A DNA stretch of 64,000 bases. Source: Polaromonas sp. (lineage in GTDB: Bacteria > Pseudomonadota > Gammaproteobacteria > Burkholderiales > Burkholderiaceae_C). Below are positions 47,774 to 57,880 of this stretch, piece after piece (the first letter of the stretch is position 1; the number at the start of each line of letters is the position of its first letter). The notes below the pieces were generated by a model. That model had not been told where the DNA came from. It was given only the letters and a program-made list of their open reading frames with translations, and ran no database searches. The stretch is taken from contig NZ_JADMJK010000054.1 in the NCBI RefSeq assembly GCF_018780625.1, forward strand, positions 13,437 through 77,436. The letters are read 5' to 3'. The position numbers and the translations under genes were made by a program.

Positions 47774-48283
47774 TCAGTGAATGCCCAGGTAATCCGCTTT
47801 GCCCAGGTCCACACCGGCATGGCGCAGCAGCGCATAAATGGTGGTGGCATGGAAGAAAAAGTTGGGCTGCACCCAGCGCTGGACAAACCCATTGCGATCA
47901 AACACCAGGGCTTCCTTGCCGCGCTGCGGCACCACGATTTCCTGGATGGCACTGCCATCGACCTGCGCCGGGCTCAAGGCCTCCAGGTAGGCAATGGTCT
48001 GTTCGATGCGCTGGCGCAGGTGCTGGAGCGTCGTGTCTTCATGCGCCGACGCCGCCATCTCGACGCCGGACAGGCGCGAGGCGCCGAGTTTGGCGACTTC
48101 GCAGACGATCAATGCCTGCTTGTCAAACGCCAGCATGTCGGGCGCCAGCCGCAGCGGCAGGTAATCGACGCTGTCGGTCGATTTGGCGTCGGCATGGGCC
48201 TGCGCCTTGTCGAGCCAGCTCAGGATGTTGCGCAGCATGCGCGCATGGCTGGTCACCAGAACGGAATGAAGAGAAAGGCTCAT
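47774..48283 (-). CDS. DUF1993 (DinB-like) protein
   Basis: RLAPDM, PNFFFHATTIYALLRHAGVDLGKADYLG. Confidence 0.88.
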   Translation of the reverse strand: MSLSLHSVLVTSHARMLRNILSWLDKAQAHADAKSTDSVDYLPLRLAPDMLAFDKQALIVCEVAKLGASRLSGVEMAASAHEDTTLQHLRQRIEQTIAYLEALSPAQVDGSAIQEIVVPQRGKEALVFDRNGFVQRWVQPNFFFHATTIYALLRHAGVDLGKADYLGIH

Positions 48284-49110
48284 AACTTGTTGTTTCCTTG
48301 ACGTTCAAAAAATTGGCGCATCGGCACCAAGGCCGGCGAATGGCTGGTGAAGCCGCCATCGGCCATCATCGTGTGACCGGTGACGAACGAGGATTCATCG
48401 CTGGCCAGAAAAGCCACCACATCGGCGATCTGGCGCGGGCTGCCCAGCGACGGGGTCAAGTGCTGGTCCAGTAGGATTTGCTTGATTTCTTCGGGAACTG
48501 ATTTTTGCGCATGCTCGTTGAGCACGAAGCCGATGACGATGGCATTCGATCGGATGCCCTGCTTGCCGTACTGCGCCGCCACCATCCGGCTCAGGGCCAG
48601 CAAGGCGGCTTTCGAGCAGGCATAAGAGGTCAACGAAGCATCGCCCATTACCCCAAAACCCGAAGAGTTGTGAATGATGGAGCCACCGCCGGTCTTGAGC
48701 ATTTCGGGAATCACATGCTTGCAGCACAGCATCGCGCCGCGCGCATTGACATCCATCGTCCAGTCCCAGGCCTCGATCTCCACATTGCAGACATCGCGGT
48801 CGGCATGGCGGGTTTTCAGGTCCAGCGCGGCGGCATTGTTCAGCAGCACATCGATGCGGCCCCAGTGCGCCGACACGGCGGCGACCATGGCCTTGATGTC
48901 ATCCTCGGAACTGACGTCAGTCTTGACCGCCAGGGCCTGCCCGCCTTGCGCCTCGATGGCGACCACCACCTCCTGAGCCGCTGCCAGGTTGATGTCCGTC
49001 ACCGCGACCCGTGCGCCATGCAGTGCCAGCACCCTGGCGCACTCGGCGCCCAGGCCGTTGCCCGCGCCGGTGACCACAGCCACGCGGCCTACGAGTTTTC
49101 CGTCTGTCAT
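48280..49110 (-). CDS. Short-chain dehydrogenase/reductase
   Basis: TGAGNGLG, NNAA, YACSK, ADGG. Confidence 0.92.
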   Translation of the reverse strand: MTDGKLVGRVAVVTGAGNGLGAECARVLALHGARVAVTDINLAAAQEVVVAIEAQGGQALAVKTDVSSEDDIKAMVAAVSAHWGRIDVLLNNAAALDLKTRHADRDVCNVEIEAWDWTMDVNARGAMLCCKHVIPEMLKTGGGSIIHNSSGFGVMGDASLTSYACSKAALLALSRMVAAQYGKQGIRSNAIVIGFVLNEHAQKSVPEEIKQILLDQHLTPSLGSPRQIADVVAFLASDESSFVTGHTMMADGGFTSHSPALVPMRQFFERQGNNKL

Positions 49111-49128
49111 AGACTTTTCCTTAATTTT

Positions 49129-49965
49129 TTAATGGCCCGAAAACTGCGGCGCACGTTTTTCACGGAAGGCCAATGCGGCTTCCCTGACATCGTGCATCGG
49201 TGCCAGCAACGAGAACAATTCGAGTTCCAGGTCCAGGCCGCTCTTGAGGTCCACCCGGGTCGCCGCGCGGGCGGCCTGCTTGGCGAAAGCGGTCGCCATC
49301 GGCGGCTTGGCGGCGATGCGGGCCGCCAGCGCAGCCACTTCCTTGATGAAGGTCTCACACGAACCGGCAACCCGGCTGACCAGCCCGATGGTGCGCGCTT
49401 CCTCGGCATTCATGCGCTCGCCGGTCAGCAAGATGTCCATCGCCCGGCCCGCGCCGACCACGCGCGACAGGCGCTGGGTGCCGCCTCCGCCGGGAATCAA
49501 TCCAAGACCGGTCTCGGGCAAGGCGAACACCGCATCCGGCGCGGCAAAACGAATGTCGCAGGCCAGCGCCAGCTCCATGCCGCCCCCCATGCAGAATCCG
49601 TGGATGGCCGCAATCACCGGCTTTTCCGTGCGGTCAAGGGCCTCGATCCAGCGGACCTTTTCCATCCGGCGGCGCACCTGCAAGGAAGTTTCCTTGCCGC
49701 GACTTTCCTTGATGTCGGCGCCGGCACAAAAGCCGCGCTCGCCTTCGCCTCGGATGACGATGACGCAAATGGCCGGGTCGGCCTCCAGTTCGGCCAGCGC
49801 CTGCGGCACGCCCCGGCGGATGTCGTCATTGATGGCATTGATCTGCCCCGGCCGGTTCAGGACGATCCAGCCGATCTGGCCATCGCGCTCGATGCAAACC
49901 GCTGGTTCAAGCGGTTTGGCCACCGGCGCTATTGATGCTGCAGCATGCATGGTCATACATCCCAT
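49129..49965 (-). CDS. Enoyl-CoA hydratase/isomerase (crotonase)
   Basis: LNRP..NA, FCAGADI, GGGMELALACD, LPETGLGLIPGGGGTQRL (both catalytic Glu present). Start uncertain. Confidence 0.93.
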   Translation of the reverse strand: MGCMTMHAAASIAPVAKPLEPAVCIERDGQIGWIVLNRPGQINAINDDIRRGVPQALAELEADPAICVIVIRGEGERGFCAGADIKESRGKETSLQVRRRMEKVRWIEALDRTEKPVIAAIHGFCMGGGMELALACDIRFAAPDAVFALPETGLGLIPGGGGTQRLSRVVGAGRAMDILLTGERMNAEEARTIGLVSRVAGSCETFIKEVAALAARIAAKPPMATAFAKQAARAATRVDLKSGLDLELELFSLLAPMHDVREAALAFREKRAPQFSGH

Positions 49966-49970
49966 GGTGG

Positions 49971-50936
49971 TTAAAGTTCATGAAACTCGAAAAGCTGACC
50001 GCGCAGCTCAGCCGGGTCAATGCGGATCAGGGACTTGCCGCCCACCGCCTCGGACTCGTCGATCCAGGTAAAACGCGTGCCGCGTGCGCGCAGGTCATCG
50101 GCCTTGGCTGCCAGGCCATTGACGGCAATGCGGATGTAATAAGGACCGGGACCCCATGAATTGAGGTAAACACCGGCATCGCTGTCCCAGCGCGTCGCCT
50201 CGATCACGTCCAGCGTGGCGCTGTTGGCCAGACCGAATTTCATCGTGGCCTTGCGGTAGCCTTCCTGCTCCAGCGCCTGCACCGGGCCGGCGGGTTCCCA
50301 GTCCAGATTGGCCGAGATGCGGCGCAGCGTTTCGTCCAGGTCACGCACCAGGTAGCCACGCGCCGAGACGCGGACCATCTGGCCCGGCTCGGGGTTGGGC
50401 AGCTGCGGCGCGGGGATCGCAAAGGTTTCAGCCGGCAGTTGCAAGGGCTCGTTGCACATGACTTCAATGCACAGGCCACCGTCCACTGACGGTTCGTAAT
50501 GCGGGTCTTCCGGCGTCACGCCCAGCCACAGGCGGTCAAACGGCATGTCGGGCGTGCGCTGGGCCAGACGGAAACGCAGCTTGCGGCGCATCAGCTTGTC
50601 CACCAGGGCCGAGAAACGATCCTTGGGCAAGGTCAGCACAATCGAGTGCGTCAGCATCGGGCGATGCTCACCTTGGTAAGCCATCAGGCTGTCGAGGAAA
50701 TCGTGGAACATCGGGTCGCCCAGGTTGGGCTTGTCCAGATGCCACTGCGGCTCAACACGGGTCGGTGAAATCGCCAGCGACTTGTGCACGCGCAGAAAAT
50801 GCGCAATGTAGGGATGATCTTCAAAGGCCTGGCGCCAGCGCGGATGGCCATGAATACCCAGCTTGGAAATCAGCAGCTCCGCCATGCCATCGGGATCCGA
50901 CACCATCATGTCGGCGCTCATCAGTAAATCAAACAT
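49971..50936 (-). CDS. VOC/glyoxalase-fold-like hypothetical protein
   Basis: C-terminal GPGPYYIRIAVNGL...LRARG...IDPAELRGQLFEFHE resembles methylmalonyl-CoA epimerase-type VOC proteins; GGAG RBS. Confidence 0.65.
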   Translation of the reverse strand: MFDLLMSADMMVSDPDGMAELLISKLGIHGHPRWRQAFEDHPYIAHFLRVHKSLAISPTRVEPQWHLDKPNLGDPMFHDFLDSLMAYQGEHRPMLTHSIVLTLPKDRFSALVDKLMRRKLRFRLAQRTPDMPFDRLWLGVTPEDPHYEPSVDGGLCIEVMCNEPLQLPAETFAIPAPQLPNPEPGQMVRVSARGYLVRDLDETLRRISANLDWEPAGPVQALEQEGYRKATMKFGLANSATLDVIEATRWDSDAGVYLNSWGPGPYYIRIAVNGLAAKADDLRARGTRFTWIDESEAVGGKSLIRIDPAELRGQLFEFHEL

Positions 50937-50965
50937 TGTCCACTCCGGGGTTTTTAGAAATAGGT

Positions 50966-53413
50966 TCAGGCAGCCAGGGACGGCTTCAAACCAGCCGTGA
51001 CCTGCTGGGGCTTGGGATTGAGCAGGAAGTGCGACAGCGCCGGAATCAGCACCAGCGCGCCGACCATGTTCCACAGGAACATGAAGCTGAGCAAGATGCC
51101 CATGTCGGCCTGGAACTTGATCGGCGACCAGGCCCAGGTGATCACGCCGGCGGCCATCGTCATGCCGACCAGCGCCACGACGCGGCCGGTAAAGTCCAGC
51201 GAGCGGCGATAGGCCTGCTTCAGGGTGGCGCCCTGGCGCTGCATGGCGATCTGCACGCTCAGCAGGTAAAGCGCGTAATCAACCCCCACGCCCACGCCGA
51301 CGGCAATCACCGGCAAGGTCGCCACCTTCAGGCCGATACCTAGCCACACCATCAAGGCCTTGCAAAGAATCGTTGTGATGATCAGCGGAATCATGGCGAC
51401 CACCGTGGCGCGCCAGCTTCGGAAGGTCAGCAGGCAGAGCAAGGCGGTCGCGCCATAGACCGCCAGGTACATCTTGATGATGCCGCGCTCCACCTCGATG
51501 TTGGTGGCTGCCTCGATGCCGGCACTGCCCGCCGCGAGCAAAAAGCGCGTCGGCTGCTTGGCCCCTTCAGGCGAGTTGTAGCGCGCGGCAAAATCTTCGC
51601 TGACCTTGAGCACGCGTGCCAGCGTGTCCGCCTTGTGGTCGCTCAGGTAGGCGATCAGCGGTGAGACCGAGCAATTCTGGTTCGTGATGTCGGGCGAGTT
51701 GATCATGGCGGCGGACACCGCTGCATTGGTAATCGCCTGGTCGCGGCTGATCGTCAGCCACTTGCCGCTGCCTTCCGACAGGCCGGCGGTGATGAAACGG
51801 GTCATGTCGGCCATCGAATGGGTGGCCTGCACGCCAGGCGTCTGGCGCAGCTCCAGCGCCAGGCGGTCCATCAGTTGCAGCGACTTGTAGTAGCGGCAGC
51901 CGTCTTCATCGGTTTTCATGATGACGACGAACTGGTCGCTGGACAGGCCGTAATTTTTCGTGACGAAGGCGCTGTCCTGGTTGTAACGCGAATCGGCACG
52001 CAACTCGGGCGCGCCCGGGTCAAGGTCGCCAATGCGCAGGTCCATCATCACCCAGCCGCTGACCGCGGTCAGCACGACGGTCAGCGCAATCGTGATGATT
52101 GCGCCCTTGCGTTCAGTGAGCCGGTCCAGCCCTTGCCACAGCTTGGCCAGCATGCCGCGGCCCTGCTCGACGTTGCTGTCGTCCACCAGCGCCCGCCGTG
52201 CGGCGGCAGGACTGACGCCGATATAGGACAGCGTGACCGGGATCAGCACCAGCTTGGTGAAGATCAATACCGTGATGCCGATGCTGGTCGTGATCGCCAG
52301 GTCACGGATCACCGGAATGTCAATGATGATCAGCACTGCGAAGCCGACAATGTTGGTCAACAGGGCGGTTAGCCCCGCCATGAACAGGCGGCGAAAGGTG
52401 TAGCGTGCGGCAATGTATTTGTGCGTGCCGCGCCCCACGTCCTGCAGGATGCCGTTCATCTTCTGCGCGCCGTGCGACAGCCCGATGGCAAAAATCAGGA
52501 AGGGCACGAGGATGGAGTACGGGTCCAGGTCGTAGCCCAGCAGGTGCATCAGACCGAGCAGCCAGATCACCCCAGCTACCGCCGCCGTCACCAGCAGCAC
52601 CGTGCTGCGCAAGCAGCGGGTGTACAAATAGACAAACACGGCCGCCACCGCGACGGAAACGCCAAAAAACAGCATCACCTTGTACAGGCCGTCGATCAGG
52701 TCGCCGACGATCTTGCCAAAGCCCACGATATAGACGCCCACCTTATCGCTCTCGAACGAGCGGATGTCGCGTTCCAGCGTCTTGGAAAATTCGCCATAGT
52801 TCAGCGGCGCGCCGGTTTGCGGATGGATGTCCAGCAGCGGCGTGACGATCATGGTGGACTTGAGGTCGTTCGCCACCAGGCTGCCGACAATGCCGGCCTT
52901 GGAAATATTGGTGCGCAGCTTGTCGATGGATGCAGGCGTGCCGCTGTAGTCGGCCGGCATCACGGCGCCGCCGGTGATGCCTTCCTCCGTCACCTGGCGC
53001 CAGCGCACGATCGGCATCCAGAGCGACTTCATCCAGGAGCGGTCAACCCCGGGAACCAGGTAAAGCTTGTCGTTGATCTGGCGCAGCGTCTCAAGGTACT
53101 CAGCGTTGTAAATGTCGCCGGTCTTGTTCTCGACGACGATGCGGATGGTGTTGCCCAGCCCCGGCAACTCGGACTTGTTGGCCAGGTAGTTCTTGATGTA
53201 CGGGCTGGAGGACGGCATCATCCGCTCGAAGCTGGCGTTGACATCGAGCCGGGTCGCAAAGAACCCCAGGATCAGGGTCGCGACGAGGCAAACCAGCAGC
53301 ACGGGCGCGCGGTTGTTGAAAATGAAGCGTTCCAGCAGGTTGCCGGAACGCGGGTCGAAGTCGCGCAAGTCCCGTATCACGGGCATGGCGGGGTTTCCAG
53401 CGTGGCCGCTCAT
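50966..53413 (-). CDS. RND/MMPL family inner-membrane transporter
   Basis: Two 1+5 TM halves with large periplasmic loops; VGVGVDYALY, IKFQADMG. Confidence 0.92.
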   Translation of the reverse strand: MSGHAGNPAMPVIRDLRDFDPRSGNLLERFIFNNRAPVLLVCLVATLILGFFATRLDVNASFERMMPSSSPYIKNYLANKSELPGLGNTIRIVVENKTGDIYNAEYLETLRQINDKLYLVPGVDRSWMKSLWMPIVRWRQVTEEGITGGAVMPADYSGTPASIDKLRTNISKAGIVGSLVANDLKSTMIVTPLLDIHPQTGAPLNYGEFSKTLERDIRSFESDKVGVYIVGFGKIVGDLIDGLYKVMLFFGVSVAVAAVFVYLYTRCLRSTVLLVTAAVAGVIWLLGLMHLLGYDLDPYSILVPFLIFAIGLSHGAQKMNGILQDVGRGTHKYIAARYTFRRLFMAGLTALLTNIVGFAVLIIIDIPVIRDLAITTSIGITVLIFTKLVLIPVTLSYIGVSPAAARRALVDDSNVEQGRGMLAKLWQGLDRLTERKGAIITIALTVVLTAVSGWVMMDLRIGDLDPGAPELRADSRYNQDSAFVTKNYGLSSDQFVVIMKTDEDGCRYYKSLQLMDRLALELRQTPGVQATHSMADMTRFITAGLSEGSGKWLTISRDQAITNAAVSAAMINSPDITNQNCSVSPLIAYLSDHKADTLARVLKVSEDFAARYNSPEGAKQPTRFLLAAGSAGIEAATNIEVERGIIKMYLAVYGATALLCLLTFRSWRATVVAMIPLIITTILCKALMVWLGIGLKVATLPVIAVGVGVGVDYALYLLSVQIAMQRQGATLKQAYRRSLDFTGRVVALVGMTMAAGVITWAWSPIKFQADMGILLSFMFLWNMVGALVLIPALSHFLLNPKPQQVTAGLKPSLAA

Positions 53414-53437
53414 AGCAGTGTCTCTTTCATGGTCGTG

Positions 53438-54562
53438 TCAGCGGATGGGCAGTTCGGAGGCAGCAGCATCGCCGATCTCCACCGTGCCAACACCGTTCAG
53501 CCGTGCCAGCGCGATACGCCGGGGGCCGCTGGCGACAGCGCCCAGCACCTCGCCCATGACAGGGGTCTTCAGCAGGGTGGTCGTGCGCATGTCAGGCGAA
53601 ACCGCCATCACATGGCCGGCTTGCGACACCAGCATCAGTTGCGCATCGCTCAGGTTGACGGCGGCGACGATATGGGCGTCAACGCCGGTTTCGATCTTGT
53701 TCCAGGCGGCCTCAGGGCCGGGCTGCACGTAGGCGTTGCCGCGCAGGCCAAAAGCCAGGAGGCGCGGGCCACTCAGGTTCAGGCCAAAGTAGGTTCCGGC
53801 GTACGGGGTTTCCACTTTCACGAAACGACTGCTTGCCGCGTCCAGGCGCAGCAGCAGCCCTTGCTCGCCGGCGATGTAGCGCCGGTCACCTTCGCCCGTG
53901 ACGGCATACAGGTGAAAGCCGCGCGGATTGTCCAGGTGCTCGATCCACGGTTCCCACTGCTTGCCACCGTCGGTGGTGCGCAGGATGAGGCCGAACGCGC
54001 CGATCAGGTAACCTTCATTGGCGTCGGCAAACCAGACATCCAGAAAAGGCGACGGCAGCACATCCGGCGTGGCGGACTGCCCCACCGAACGCTCGATTTC
54101 AGGCAGCAACGCCTCGGCCTCGGCACTGCCTGCCTTGGCACGGGCGGTGTAGGTGCTGCGCAGCAGCGTCAGCACCGAGCGTCCGTCCAGCACTTTTTGC
54201 CAGCTGGCACCGCCGTCGGTGCTGTGCAGCGCGACCGCATCATGGCCGACCGCCCAGGCCTGGCCCGGTCCGGTGAACCGGACCGACACCAGGTCCGAGC
54301 TGACCGGGCTGGGCACCTGTTGCCAGGTGCCCGCCGCGTCGCTGGACACCAGGATCAGGCCGCGCGGCCCGACGGCGATCAGCCGGTCGTCCTGCCGCGC
54401 AATGCCGGTGGTCAGGCCCTTGCTGGCGAATGCCGAAGGTTGCGTCGGGAAGTCGAGCGGATCAGGCAGGCTCGCTCCCATGTTTGCGGGCACTGCGCCG
54501 ATGGTGAGCGCAGTGCTTGCAACGAGCAAGCTGGCCAGCAGGGGGCGGCATCGCATGATCAT
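53438..54562 (-). CDS. YCF48/BNR-repeat beta-propeller periplasmic protein
   Basis: Repeated AVG..G.IL.S/T.DGG..W Asp-box motifs; signal peptide. Confidence 0.88.
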   Translation of the reverse strand: MIMRCRPLLASLLVASTALTIGAVPANMGASLPDPLDFPTQPSAFASKGLTTGIARQDDRLIAVGPRGLILVSSDAAGTWQQVPSPVSSDLVSVRFTGPGQAWAVGHDAVALHSTDGGASWQKVLDGRSVLTLLRSTYTARAKAGSAEAEALLPEIERSVGQSATPDVLPSPFLDVWFADANEGYLIGAFGLILRTTDGGKQWEPWIEHLDNPRGFHLYAVTGEGDRRYIAGEQGLLLRLDAASSRFVKVETPYAGTYFGLNLSGPRLLAFGLRGNAYVQPGPEAAWNKIETGVDAHIVAAVNLSDAQLMLVSQAGHVMAVSPDMRTTTLLKTPVMGEVLGAVASGPRRIALARLNGVGTVEIGDAAASELPIR

Positions 54563-54588
54563 CTTGCCTGTCCTGACAGTGGCCTGGA

Positions 54589-55956
54589 TCACCTTGCCGT
54601 CTCGCGGGCCACGATGGCCTCGGGGTTCAGCTCGCGTTCCGTCTTGGCCTTGGCCGAAATCTGGTAGCCGCCAACGGTGACGTCATTGGTGTAGGCATAC
54701 ATGCCCTTGTTGAAGTCATAGATGACCTGGCGAACCGCCCATGGCAATTTCTTGTCGTACAGGTTGATCATGCCGTTGAACATCGTCCGGTAGAGCTGGC
54801 CGCTCTGGTCGTAGGCGTCGTAGTTGGCCGCGCCGGTCATGTCTTCGTCAAAGTAGTAGATGCGCTTGGAGTAGGCGTGGCGCATGCCGGGCTTGAGCGT
54901 GGCTTCGACGACCCACACGCGGTGCAGTTCCCAGCGCTCGCAGGCCGGATTGGCAAACTTGGGCAGCAGCGCCATTTCGGGTGCCGGGCACTCGAACACG
55001 TTCCTGTAGGAGTTGTACGGCAGGTACATTTCTTTCATGCCGTTGAGCTTGAAGTCAAACCGGTCCATCTTGCCCGAGAACACGAACAGTTCGTCGAACA
55101 GCGTCACACCGCCCATGCTGGCCACCGGCGTGTCATAAGCGAACTCGGGCGACTGCTTGACGCGGCGCTGACCCGGGGTGTAGCTCCAGGCGCGGCGCGG
55201 CTTGTCCACCGGATCGATGTAATCCACCAGGCCGGTCGCCTCGCCGGCCCGGCGTGCCGGTGCCGTGGTGACGGAATAGACGCGCCAGGCCATGGTGGGA
55301 TCCCGGTCTTCCATGTCGGTCTGATACCAGACACCGTCGGTCAAGGTCTGCTGCTGCGCCGTCATGGTCGGCTTGCCCGCCGAGTCAACGACCCAGGAAC
55401 GGGATGACGAGGTGGTGATCGCCGTCTCACCCTGGTAGCGCAGGGACTGGTTCCACATCACTTCCTGACCAGTCTTGGGAATGGGGAACGGCAGGCCGCC
55501 CCGGCAAAGGGTCTCTACAGCCAGGCCGTCCTTGGTCAGCTTGCAGGTGGTCGCATTGCGCACGTTGGCCTTGAGCACCTTGTCCGGATAAGTCGCTGAA
55601 CGGCGGGTGGGATAGATGTCCATGTAGTAGCTCGGGTTGAGCTTCATCAGGTGCATCTGGCCTTCGCTGAGCTTGGCCGCATGCTCCTTCATGTTCTTGG
55701 AGTCTATGCGCAGCACGGGCTTGTCGGCCTTGAACGGATCGGTCCACGCGCCGCTGTCGGCCTTGAAGTCGGCGGGTGGCGATGCGATGCCGCCGGTGTA
55801 CGCCGGGATGGTTCCCTCAGCATTGCCGGCCTTGATGCCACCGAATTCGGTCAGCGTGGTGCCGAGCTTTTTAGCCTCTTCGGCGCTGACGGCGGCAAAG
55901 CCGGGCGCAGCCAGGAGGGCCAGCGCGGTGGCGATGAGTGTTTGCTTGAATTTCAT
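54589..55956 (-). CDS. DUF1329 family periplasmic protein
   Basis: Signal peptide, AAVSAEEAKKLGTTLT, GNAEGTIPAY.GG, PFPIP, Y.PGQRRV, WELHRVWVVEAT. Confidence 0.9.
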   Translation of the reverse strand: MKFKQTLIATALALLAAPGFAAVSAEEAKKLGTTLTEFGGIKAGNAEGTIPAYTGGIASPPADFKADSGAWTDPFKADKPVLRIDSKNMKEHAAKLSEGQMHLMKLNPSYYMDIYPTRRSATYPDKVLKANVRNATTCKLTKDGLAVETLCRGGLPFPIPKTGQEVMWNQSLRYQGETAITTSSSRSWVVDSAGKPTMTAQQQTLTDGVWYQTDMEDRDPTMAWRVYSVTTAPARRAGEATGLVDYIDPVDKPRRAWSYTPGQRRVKQSPEFAYDTPVASMGGVTLFDELFVFSGKMDRFDFKLNGMKEMYLPYNSYRNVFECPAPEMALLPKFANPACERWELHRVWVVEATLKPGMRHAYSKRIYYFDEDMTGAANYDAYDQSGQLYRTMFNGMINLYDKKLPWAVRQVIYDFNKGMYAYTNDVTVGGYQISAKAKTERELNPEAIVARETAR

Positions 55957-55979
55957 GGTTCAGTCTCCGGTGGATGTGG

Positions 55980-57689
55980 TTAGAACGAGGTCTTGTAGGT
56001 GAAAACCAGCCAGGCGCGGTCGGTGCCGCTGGCGGCGCTTCCGGTGCCGCCAATGAGCGTGTTGCCCGCTACGTTGTACTTGGCTGGCGCCCTGACGTCT
56101 GAGTAGCGCAGCGAAAACTCATGCTTGACCTGGTAAGTCATTTTGGCGCCCACCGACCAGGAAAGCACGCCTTCAGCACCGCCCCCGACTGACGGCGCGT
56201 TGCCCCGAATGCCGTAGTTGAGCGTCATGGGCAGATCCAGGTCCCAGGAAGGGAAAATTCCCAGGTACTGCGGTGTGAAGTTGACCGCCATTTGCAAGAA
56301 ATCCTTGGTCGCGCAACCGTCGGACTTGTCCCCTGATCCGGCCACGCCAGGCGTTTGCAGGTTTCTGCAATTGGCCGTGCCCACGCCTCTGTAGAGGCTT
56401 TCGTTGGCGGTGACGCTTTGCAAGCGGCTGTAGGCCAACTCGCCAATCACACTGCCTGTGTCCCACAGCGCCGTCTTGGGCAACAAATAAATACCGCTGG
56501 CGACGGCGTGCAGCGTGTTGCCGCGCGGACCTTGCTTGTCCAGCGAACTGATGCCGGTGCCGACGAGCGCGCCGTTTTTGCGCAATGACAGCTCCGAGCC
56601 GAAGCTGACAGGGCCAATGGCACGCGCCAGACTGACACCGGTAATTTTCACATCAGGCTGATAGTTAAAACGGAAGGTCGCGGGTACGGTGGTCGCTACG
56701 TTACCCGGCACCAGCCGGGTGAAGCTGGTGAACTCGACAGCGCCTGGGTTGTAATCGTTGAATTGACGGTGGTACAAGCCCACAGTGCTGTTGATCGGCT
56801 CCACATTCAAGCGCGCACTCAAGCCCCAGTTGCTGCCACGTTTTTTAGGCTCAACAGCGCCTACGTTCCTGGCGCTAAAAGTAGGCGTGAGTCCAAGTCT
56901 GTCAATGTCCGGCGTGGTGTCGCCATTGCTCAGGTAGGTGCCGCTGTTGGGCGCGCGGGTCGGCTTCCAGTCCAGTGCGTACTGGCCGGCAATGGTCAGG
57001 TCGCTGGTGAGCTGCGCCTTGAACGACAGCTGGTTAACGGGCAAAAACACTTCCTTGGTCTCGATGCCTGGGCTTGAGACCGCCTTTTGGCCATCAATGG
57101 GAGCTTGCGAATAAGCCACTGAATGGGCGCCCAGCAGCAAGCCTTCGCCCCAATACAAAGAATGCTGGCCCAGCTTGACATTGACCGGCACTACGCCAAG
57201 GTTGAAATTGCTCCAGACAAATGCATCAAGAAACTCGGCTGACGGGCCATTCACATAGCGAGAAACCTTGGCGTTGTACTGATCGTTGAAGTAGCTGGTT
57301 TGACGTCCTGCAGGCGATCTGACGCTGTGATCGTCATAGGCCTTGTCATACCAGGCGGAGCCGCTGACACGGGCGCCGAAACGCTTCTTGTAGTTCACGT
57401 CGACCTCGCTGAGTAGGTCGATCCTGTTGGTCACGATGTCATGCTTATTGAACTTGGAATCGGACTCATCGTAGGAGGGGTTGGCTAGAATACGCGCATC
57501 CTGCGCATCCATGCGCATGCCCAAGTTGTAGCGGACCGTGTTGTCCCAGCGGATTTTCACATCCTCGTTACCAGAATCAATTTCAATGGCCATGGCCGCC
57601 GAGCTACAGGCGACAGCCACTGCAACGACCAGTGTTTTTCGAGCGAACAGCGCCTGGGCTGGTTTGTATTTCCGGGTCATCTTCATCAT
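55980..57689 (-). CDS. DUF1302 family outer-membrane beta-barrel protein
   Basis: Signal peptide, RWDNTVRY, NRIDLLSE, WGEGL, PG.E.KE.F.P, terminal DR...TYKTSF. Confidence 0.9.
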   Translation of the reverse strand: MMKMTRKYKPAQALFARKTLVVAVAVACSSAAMAIEIDSGNEDVKIRWDNTVRYNLGMRMDAQDARILANPSYDESDSKFNKHDIVTNRIDLLSEVDVNYKKRFGARVSGSAWYDKAYDDHSVRSPAGRQTSYFNDQYNAKVSRYVNGPSAEFLDAFVWSNFNLGVVPVNVKLGQHSLYWGEGLLLGAHSVAYSQAPIDGQKAVSSPGIETKEVFLPVNQLSFKAQLTSDLTIAGQYALDWKPTRAPNSGTYLSNGDTTPDIDRLGLTPTFSARNVGAVEPKKRGSNWGLSARLNVEPINSTVGLYHRQFNDYNPGAVEFTSFTRLVPGNVATTVPATFRFNYQPDVKITGVSLARAIGPVSFGSELSLRKNGALVGTGISSLDKQGPRGNTLHAVASGIYLLPKTALWDTGSVIGELAYSRLQSVTANESLYRGVGTANCRNLQTPGVAGSGDKSDGCATKDFLQMAVNFTPQYLGIFPSWDLDLPMTLNYGIRGNAPSVGGGAEGVLSWSVGAKMTYQVKHEFSLRYSDVRAPAKYNVAGNTLIGGTGSAASGTDRAWLVFTYKTSF

Positions 57690-57880
57690 CCTTCTCCATC
57701 CTGTGGTGGTTTTGCCAGGCCGCAGCGCAGGCCCTCAAAGCCAGTGCGTTCGCCCTGTGTTGTCTTCCTTATTTCCCCCCTCGCGCCATGCACAATTCAT
57801 TTCAATGCTGTGAACTCAAGCCGCCTCGTTCGTATTTAATGACTTCTGGCTAATTTCCACAGTAAGTGAATTCTGCAATC

